64,000 bases of DNA. Source: Balanoglossus misakiensis (taxonomy: Eukaryota > Animalia > Hemichordata). The notes below the pieces were generated by a model. That model ran no database searches and was not told the DNA's origin. It saw nothing but the letters and a program-made list of their open reading frames with translations. Positions 38,200-48,300 of the stretch are shown piece by piece. Positions within the stretch are counted from its first letter, which is position 1, and the number at the start of each line of letters is the position of its first letter. The stretch covers positions 2,527,943 through 2,591,942 of the forward strand of contig CM082595.2 of NCBI GenBank assembly GCA_040954595.2. Reading direction: 5' to 3'. A program made the translations under genes and the position numbers.

Positions 38200-38624
38200 G
38201 TTGTGCTAGAGATTTATTAGTCTCTGCAGTACACACATGGGGAGGTTAGGGTGGGGGCTAGGGACGGCATATAAAAAGCCAAAAAAAAAAAACTAAGTCA
38301 GAAACGCTAAAAATTTGAAATTTGTCTATACCTCCACGTTGGGGCATATACAAGTTTCAAAAATTTTCTAAGTTTTCTTTGACTTAGAAAATTTTTGAAA
38401 CTTGTGTATGCCCCCTACATAACTTGCATTTTCTAACACTTGCCTTGTCTTTTCAGATCCCGGCTGGACTCCACTTCTTTCGATTGGTCATCAACCATTC
38501 AACAGATAGACCTGAAACGACAAGTGAATACGAGTTAAATTTCAATATGAAATATGAAATATGAAAATGAAATAAAATACAATAAATTTCAATCCTTGGT
38601 GTCTGCTTTTTTGTAAAAAAAAAA

Positions 38625-39432
38625 AAAAACACTTAGAAATTTTTCAGGCTTTACTCTATGCTTATTAAAAACACTTAGAAATTTTTCAGGCTTCACTCTA
38701 CTTATTAAAAACACTTAGAAATTTTTCAGGCTTCACTCTATACTTATTAAAAACACTTAGAAATTTTTTAGGCTTCACTCTATACTTAGACATTAAAAAC
38801 ACTTAGAAATTTTTCAGGCTTCACTCTATACTTATTAAAAACACTTAGAAATTTTTTAGGCTTCACTCTATACTTAGACATTAAAAACACTTAGAAATTT
38901 TTCAGGCTTCACTCTATACTTAGACATTAAAAACACTTAGAAATTTTTCAGGCTTCACTCTATACTTAGACATTAAAAACACTTAGAAATTTTTCAGGCT
39001 TCACTCTATACTGAAACATTAAAAACACTTAGAAATTTTTCAGGCTTTACTCTATACTTTGACATTAAAAACACTTAGAAATTTTTCAGGCTTTACTCTA
39101 TGCTTTCACATTAAGAAAAACACTTAGAAATTTTTCAGGCTTTACTCTATGCTTTCATATTAAGAAAAAACACTCAGAAATTTTTCAGGCTTTCTCTATA
39201 CTTTCACATTAAGAAAAACACTCAGAAATTTTTCAGGCTTTCTCTATGCTTTCACATTAAGAAAAACACTTAGAAATTTTTCAGGCTTTACTCTATACTT
39301 TGACATTAGGAAAAACACTTAGAAATTTTTCAGCCTTTCTCTATACTCCTTTCTCTATACTTTCACAGTAGGAAAAAAACTTAAAACATTTTTCAGGCTT
39401 TACTCTATACTTTCGCATTAAGAAAAACTTAG
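38625..39432. repeat. Tandem minisatellite, ~40-47-bp unit (AAAAACACTTAGAAATTTTTCAGGCTT(C/T)ACTCTATACTT...), roughly 18 copies
   Basis: Directly visible. The monomers drift gradually along the array. Confidence 0.97.
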
Positions 39433-39649
39433 AGTGTCCAACTGAGATTGATTTGGTCTTACCTTAAGCAGTACTCTTGGATTTTTCAAACCATCATCTG
39501 AGAATTGAATTGATTTCACTCACTGCAATGCAAAGAACAAAATCGAGGTAAGTTTAACAACATTAGCAAATTAAACAAAAAGACTGATAACAGTCTATAT
39601 GAAATCGGCAACTTTCACGACCATTGTATGACAAGTGTGAAAAATGTTT

Positions 39650-40135
39650 GGAAATGACAAAATCACCAAAGTCAAGAATATGCCGTTTTTGACCATTTTC
39701 ATGAGCTATAACCCATGGAAAATGACAAAATCACCAAAGTTGGCAAAGTCAAGAATATGCCGTTTTTGACCATTTTCATGAGCTATAACCCATGAAAAAT
39801 GTCCGAAAATGACAAAATCACCAAAGTTTGATAAGTCAAGAATTTGCCATTTTTGACAATTTTCATGAGCTATAACCCATGAAAAATGTCCCAAAATGCC
39901 AAACATGACCAAAATTCACAAAGTCAAGAATTTGTCATTTTTTGAGCCGGTATGAGCTATAATCCATGCATATGACATGAAAATGCCAAACATGACCAAA
40001 ATTCACAAAGTCAAGAATTTATCATTTTTTGAGCCTGTATGAGTTATAATCCATGCATATGACATGAAGTACCAAATGTGACCAAAGTCAAGAATTTGTC
40101 ATTTTTTGAGTGTGTATGAATATGAATCCATGCAC
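39650..40135. repeat. Second tandem array, ~75-85-bp units containing AAGTCAAGAAT..CATTTT..CATGAGCTATAACCCATG
   Basis: Directly visible, about 6 degenerate units. Inverted copies of the core occur at 40955-41010. Confidence 0.9.
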
Positions 40136-42026
40136 ATGTACAGTGAAACCAGTCATTATGGACACTTCTCAGATTTTTCAAGACAATAGTTATTGTCATG
40201 TAACGTTTATTAACATAATAACATAAGCAGACGTTTCTGGACCAAACATTGAGCAGCCCAACAGCCCCAAATGTCCCAATGGGCGGCGCCATTTTGAATC
40301 ACGCCACCAACGACAACATTTGCTATTTTAAGCTTAACGTTTAAACATGCACATTGATACTCTAGATAATCTTAACATGATAATAAATAATGGTTGAAGA
40401 TATCATGGTTACAAAATGATTTTGGCTCGCACTCAGGTTAAGCTTGTTACATATTATGAAGCCCACCACACAATGTCTATATTAGCGAGCGCTAAACCTA
40501 TATAGGAATGGAATCGCTTTACTATACCTTATCGGAAAAGTGCACGTGTTGCTGTTATGTTAATGGCGCCGCCATCTTGTTTTGTCCTTTTGACGACATC
40601 ATTACGCGAAACCATTCTCCATGGTGAAACCAATCCAGTAATTCCTCACAGATCCTACTCAGATGCATTTCGACCACAAGGCGAATAAAGTCAATGTGAA
40701 ATTCAGCTGGAAAGTGAGCATTTAAACGCGTTCCAGGTCAAAAATCGATGTAGCTGTAGGCAAATACCATCTCGAAACAGTGGAAACACAGCTATTCCGC
40801 CGGTGGGGGGATATGATGATTCCTGGAAATTTACATAATAACCTCCCCCCGGCGGAACAGCTTCGTTTCCACAGCTATTCGCTGAACACTGCGTCTCACC
40901 TGAGAAAGCAAATAAAACCCTAAATTCCCAATCCCGAATTTGCGTATTTTTCTGATTTTCATGGGTTATAGCTCACGACATTTTTCATGGGTTATAGCTC
41001 ATGAAAATTTTTAAGAATATAACATGGAACACTTGCCATTTGAATCACTTCATTACACCTCACATCTAATAAAAATGCTCTCAGAAACATTTTTGAAGAT
41101 CAATACAGTGTATTTTAATGTTGCCTACCGTAATTATTTTTTACAGGTTAAATCTCAGCTGCAGTCTGCCGAGCTCCACGGTCGAAGAATACACAATTGT
41201 CAAAGAGAATGATAAATAATAAAAATAATGCATTAGCAATTGTCAGCTCATAATGACTTGAAATGTCCTATTTGTTCAGTAACTGTTGTATCATTTGATA
41301 AGAAAAATAAAAAAATATTTTTGCTTGGAAATGGCAAAGCTACAAAGTGTTTGTTACATGAACAGTCTTTGAAGATTCTGACCGTTACAAATCTTATTAC
41401 GTTTTTAAATCTTGTGAGCAAATTTGACTAATTTTGACATGTGCCTAAAAGGTACAATTATAAATACATGTACATGATTTGAAATGTTTCCGACTTACAG
41501 CAGTCATTGGAAAAATATACCACAATGAAATCTATTTTTCAGAACCAGGACGACTTATAATCCCCATTGCTACAATGGAATGTTCCAAACATAATAGGGC
41601 CATCTCATATACACATGGAAAAAAGTTGGCGCATGTATTACAATATTAATAGCAGGACCACTGATACATAAAGGCACAGTATGTTATTTGTACTGCAATA
41701 ATCTAATATTGATACAAAGATATTTTGTCATCTTGTGGAGTTTTTGATAGTTTTTAAAATATTGATGACAAGTTTGTGCAGTCTTGTTTACAAAGTGCAT
41801 TCTTAGAATACACAGGTACAAATCCACTAGCAGACTCGTACTTGGGTCAGCAGGTCAACGCAGCACTATTTTTATTCTTTCAATCTTCAGCTGGTAGCAT
41901 CTCATGATATGAAGTAAAACAGCACAACACATGTTCACAGCAGGCATACATCACACCGCTCTCAGTAAATCTCAAAACAGTGCTTGTCATATGCAACTCA
42001 CACTTATGTGATCCACACAACGATCA

Positions 42027-42310
42027 CAGCCAGCCGCAGCGATTGGGTGATGGAGATCTCTTATCTCAGAGTACATCATGCCACCTGGCCAATCAGCAAC
42101 CGCGTTTCATCATCCATGACTAACCAGCCACAGCTATTGGGTGATGGAGATCTCTTACCTCAGAGTACATCATGCCACCTGGCCAATCAGCAACCATGTT
42201 TCATCATCCAAGACTAGCCAGTCACAGCTATTGGGTGATGGAGATCTCTTACCTCAGAGTACATCATGCCACCTAGCCAATCAGCAACCGCGTTACATCA
42301 TGCAAGACTA
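42027..42310. repeat. Three tandem 94-bp repeats beginning at the kinase stop codon (3' UTR)
   Basis: ATTGGGTGATGGAGATCTCTTA starts at 42042, 42136 and 42230 (period 94). Confidence 0.95.
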
Positions 42311-45300
42311 GAGCTCACTCTGCCTGTAGGGGTTGTTGATGAGATAATTGAGAGCTTTGTCCAAATCCCAGTTATATCGTATAAGAGTATGCCGACATCG
42401 TCTCTCATCTCCTAGATGTCTATTCTGCAGGTGTTGTATCTTAATGTCCTGGACTGTCATCTCAACATCCCAGTTGTTACATTTCAGAGCCGTCACAATA
42501 TCAGATATGGACATCTAAAAATAAAACAATAAAAAATCATAAAGACTTTCAAAATAAATTATTGAGATAAAACAACTGCAAGAACACATCTTTGCCTCTT
42601 TACTACATCTACCGTCATTGTCCCTTTAATACATCCACCACCTTTGTCCCTTTAATACATCTACCCACACTCTCCCTTTAATACAATTCATTTTAATGTT
42701 CTTACCTTATCTTTCATGGCTTTTCTTACTTCCTGGACTTCCTGGCAAGTGTCTGTCCATTCGTAATCTGCCATGGCAACTGAGCTGTGTTTACCGGTCA
42801 TGTCGAGGTAACCTTCGTCATGGACGCCGTCCAGAGCGGTCTTGTCAGTCGTCTCCACGGCAGCGGTGACCTTTTCCAACGACCCGGCTGATGCGACTGA
42901 GGAGGCGTCTGACTGTGGCGGCGATGCATCTAGTCAATAAACCCAAGAGTCGTTGATTATGCTTTGGTTTCTTGGTTTCATAATTTATTTGCCTTTCCAG
43001 TTTTTCTCAGGAAGGACCAGGGGTAAGGAAAGTTCCCATGATTACAGTGGGGGGGGGGGGGGGGGTTTTAGGAAATTTAAGGAAAAGTCACAGGATAGTA
43101 CAGGGGGAGGGTTACAAACAGTCATACGCAGTAGGGTCCTCTACGCAATGCATAAGCTGAAATCTGAAAGTCAAATAGACCAGGGCAACTTTCAAGTAAA
43201 GCACTCTCACTGCTAAAACAACATAATCTTTATCTCAACTGTAATACCTTGTGTACGATACGTCCTCTTCAAGACGTCCGTCAAACTCTCGGCTTGTGGA
43301 AGTGATCCGTCCAGAATATTTTCTAAAACATCCTCGTAACTGTGACTCCTTTGCGGTGGTGATTCGTTTGTTTTATTAACACTTCCCGATTTACTGCTGC
43401 CGTCTTCTTTCATGTCCATGCTACTAAGAGTTGGATTTGTACTGCTGCGTGTCAACACCGAGTTCCTGTCCAAGCTTGCTGTCTTTAGAAGACTCTTCTC
43501 CTGTTTGTCCTTGGCGCTTTCGTTTTTCAAATGTCTGCGAATTTCTTCGGGTGAGCTACGAACTAAGTCTCCATCAGAGTAGATGTCAAGCGAAACACTC
43601 TTTTGAAGCAAAAATTTGGTCCTGGCATCCCACTCTCCGTTAGAAGGGTTCATGTACAGGGAAGCTGGTAATCCGTGGGGGGTTTCCGGGGTTCCTGGTT
43701 CCGATCCTGACTGCTGAAGGGAGCTCGCGGAAGAGGAGGACTTGGTCGGCGAGGAGACGCTTCCTTGGGACTTCGAGCTCTTCCGCGACCGCCGCTTCTT
43801 GCTGGGCCACTGCGGGTTGAGGGGGACACGTGGAGGCACAGCGGGGATCTCGATCATCTCATAGTCCTGTATGCAGAAAATAAAACACAGAACAAAAAAG
43901 AAAAATCACATCAAACCACAAGGGGAGACACGAGAACAGAAACTCACTCTGGCATTACTGAAATCTACGACAGGAGAGGAGAGGGATAGAGGGCAGACTT
44001 TGAGAGTGACTCAGAATGAATGAATGTATGAATGGATGAATAAAGATTGTAGAGCAAGAGAAAGCAATAAGGGTGGAGAATAAGAGGAGAACTTACAAAA
44101 AAGGGGTCGGCTTATGCTGACTGCAACCAAGAAAGACAAAAAAACAGAGGGACAAAGAGACATGATTAATTTGTGTTTTCCTTGAGCAGTTTCAGCTGGT
44201 TAGTATTTACAAGGTGTGAATGGAACTAGTACTTTTTATGCTTTGTCACAGAAATGATATCATGACTGGAATATAACCATGCTTTTAGGGGTGATTAAAA
44301 AGCCAATTGTGGTGCTTCTTGCCATTTGTATTAGGACTGATTTGCATGATGCTTTAGCACTTTTGTGAGAAGAGGAATATTATTTACAGATGTACAGACA
44401 GTGGGGAGGAAAGATGGACAGCTAATACGTTCTCTCTGACAAGCAATGTCTGAGCATGTGTAGTGCACCAAATGATAGCTTGACTGCTTGCTGTCATCTC
44501 ATTAGTGGAGGAAACAGTCCACATACATGCGCGTTTTTACGTCACATGCAAATGAGAACAATGTGACATCGTCGTTTCTCTGACTGGCCAGATTCTAGCG
44601 ACACACCTCAAACACACAGGGTGTTTCCAATTCCTGTTTCCATGACAGCACATGATTTTCTCTCACAAAACCTATACTGTGGTGTCCCAAACACAGTCAT
44701 CACAGCTCAAATACATGTTCTTCAAAAGTTAGTGTTATTCTGACATACACAATAAATATAGGGGGGTTCTGGGAGTGAAAGGGTTAAAATTATTTTCCAG
44801 AGTGTGAATACACTAAAATCTGACCAATGGAAGAACCAAGAAGCCACTTTCAACCATTCGAATTTCACTTCTGTCAAAGAGAAGATTCTTTTTTCTGAGA
44901 TGTGGTTATCAATAGCAAATCAGTCTCACCCAAGAAACACAGTGATCATAATTACAATACCATGAAGGGGTAAAAGAATATACGGTCGGTAGAAAGGCCC
45001 TGCATGGAGTGATAGAGAAGTTAAAATCTGACTGGCGCCACCATGTGGTATGAAATCTCGTAACTCAGCTAGGGATCAACAATAACTGACGGAAGCAGAA
45101 GAATTTTTTTCCAAACATTCACAGACACACTGTCATAATTCATGTTTTTAATTTTCAACTGACACCGGTTCAGTTCATTTTTTTGGCAAACTGACAAAAG
45201 TCCATATGCATATCACAATTATAACTATTTTGTTTGTTTATTGTGACCCATCAGTGACCCAGTCATATTTCAACTTGCTCTCTGTAAACACAGCTTGTTA

Positions 45301-48300
45301 TGAAAACAGGAATGTACCAAAACAGGTCAATAGCTGTTGTCGGAATCTATCATTTTCTGACAGCTGGAAATGGCATATACATACAGGCTGATTTCCACAC
45401 ATTGAAGAACTTGCATGATAATCACAGACAGAAATTTACATTGTTTTTCCGAGGACTGACTATATTTTATAAATGACATATTTCAAAACCAGACCTCTTA
45501 GTAGCACTCAAATTTCAGCTAGCATCCGGTCTAAACTGGTTTCAGGTTACATTAGCAATATTAGGACCACATTTCCTGTTCTGATTTATGGCAAGAATTC
45601 TGTCAAATATTTGGGACATTAACAATATTTTTGTGTTCAATCCTCCACAATTGCAGAAGGATATTTTTTTATTTTGACCGAACCCACCAAAGGGGAGGTA
45701 CCGGGGGCTGTTTGGTGGGATATACACTAATTCATACTCATGTTCCTGGTTGACCTGTTACCGTTGACAACCACATCACTTCTGAAACAATCACAAATCA
45801 ACCTGTAATATCATTGACTTTTTTGGTGACAGGAAATATTTAATATCAATTCAGCAATGAAGTGTACATTAACTTTACACGTATATTGTTATAGCAGAGG
45901 CAACAATGATGTCTGTTTGGGTTTAGGTACAAAGGCATCGTAGCAGATATTTTGCTGGTTTGCCTTTTCTTCTCTTGCTAGCAATTCATATTCCCATTTT
46001 GTTTTTTTCAGCAATCTCAAAGATAAACTCTCATCCACTTCTCATCTGTCGTCAAACAACTTTCCCGGCAGGTAATGTGCGTTGGCAACATCTTTTGTAC
46101 CCATGGCAACTGTCTCATTTTCTCCGATTTTTATCAGAATCTGCATCCAAAATTATGGAATCATTTTGGCAATTACAGTTGATTCAACCTTGTTTTAGGT
46201 TTTTATCTGAACCCTTACTTGTATCAAACAAGTGAAAGGTTTCACATTTTTTTTAAATGCACAATAAAGACATCCGTGTAATAAGTGTTACCTGTTATAG
46301 CTACGATTAGAACTGCGTAAAGAAACAGATTAAAGCGGGTCAGTAAGGGCAATAAGTTTTCTCTTGCCAATTTTGTTAGTTTCAAGCTCGCCTATCGTTT
46401 ATCCACACTACATGTGCATGTCACGGTGCCGTTTACTTTTATCAACTCAAGATGGCGTTATATACAAGGATGCTGAAATTATGTGCAGCCATAAAACCAG
46501 TAAGGAAATGATACGCATCTCATATGAAAGTATGAAAACCCCCATGCTTTGGGTGTGAGTCGATGCAGAATTTAGGGTGCATGCAGTTCATTTCAGATCG
46601 AAATCAACTTATTGGCACTGGACATCATGCAATCTTAGAGTCGCGTCTCGTGTGTTCAAATGTTGACATACTACAGGGATATCAGATAGTCGTTCGAATG
46701 ACATTTGGAAGTATCAAAAATGAATTCATTTTGAGGACTTGGAGGACATATAATTGTTTTTCCATTCTCCATAATCTGGCCGTCACCCATCCCCTCTAGT
46801 GCAGACAGACAAACAGTTTCCCCAGACCCCTTACTAGTCCAAGATGTATAAATTACATACATGCATCATTTGGGGGTTCTGATGAAGACAGCTTAACATG
46901 CTCGAGATTGCCAGACAGACAGAAAAACAGACAGACAGATATAGGTATAGGTGGGTTAATAAATTAGCATGCAAGCAGCAGATCCAATTATATCATCATA
47001 CAGCAACCTCACATGCATACGTCATTCGCAATCATCATCTGATTCCAATCTGATTAAAATCAGATGTGCTGATGTGCTGTTCCCTACATCTGATTTTAAT
47101 CAGATTGCATCTGATTCAAGCCTGCAACATGCATACAGCCAATGTGAAGCAGCGATTAGTCATGTTAGTGTGGATACTTTAGACTTACATGCTCAACATT
47201 GGGGTTGTTATTTTTGTCCTCGGGTTCGGGCAACTCAGGCAGTGGTCGGGTCTTCATTACCTCCTCTGTGCTCTTTTGTCTCTCTAAACTAATCTGGCGT
47301 TCTTGTTTCCGTCTCTCCTCCTCCCCGGAACCCTCGTCTTTCTGCGTTCGCGCTTTCAGGACTTCGGCCATCTCAGTTTCGCCCGTGCTGCGTCTTTTGA
47401 TCTTCTTCTCGCCGACTGGCCGCCTGGTGCGTCTTGTACTCTGTGTTAGATTCTTCAGCGTGGCCGGACTGAGACCGATGTCCGAGTCGTCTTGTTTATT
47501 GTCGTCTTCGCTGGAATACTTTCTGGCTGGCAGTGGTGGTAGCCGGTCCATTTCTGGGGACTTTGGCGGCGACGTTTCTTTAGAGGGAGCTGTCTCTGTC
47601 GTATCCATGGTGAACAGATCTTTCAGGTTTTTGACCCCCCGCTTCTTTGGGAGTGGGTCTTCCAGTCTCACGCTCACCGGCTGCGATTTCTGCTCGAATC
47701 GTTTAATGATATCGCGTGCACTGCTCCTGACGTCGTTCGAGCGGTCAAAATCGCCAGCTGCTTCGTCTTCAACTCCGCGTCGAGCAGAGACTACTTGAAC
47801 CTCGCTGTAAACCTCCGAAGGTTGTGACTGCGCTCCGAACGAGACAGCCGCACTACTTGTTTGGCGTTTGTTTCCCGGACTGAAGTTCTCCGGATTTGAA
47901 AGGTCAATTGTGTCCTCCCCCGATGTGTCGTGTAACAAATCAGCATACTGTAATTCTGCCTCGGTTTTGAGCGGGGACGCGATGGACCTGCTCGTCGAGG
48001 AGTCACTGGTTACGCTAGTCGACCTGACAGATGACCTGCTGCTAAGGCTAATGGGGGACAGCGGTTCACTGGTTGATTTGCTCTGTATTTTGATCGGCGA
48101 TGATACTGGCGTCCACGAAGGTGACGCGACAGGAGTCCGATCTGGTGATGCGATCGGTGGCCTTTCTGAAGTTACAACTGATGTTTGCAGTGGTGGTACG
48201 ACTGATGTTTGAGTTGGGGGCAGGAGTGGGGCTTTGATCGGCGATGACATCTGCGTCCTCACAGGGGAAGTGACTTGCGTTTTGACCGGTGAGCTTGTGG

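Noticed and set aside
38625-39432. Regularly spaced repeats superficially like a CRISPR array
   Set aside because: The units are contiguous with no unique spacers, there are no cas genes, and the context is eukaryotic. It is a minisatellite.
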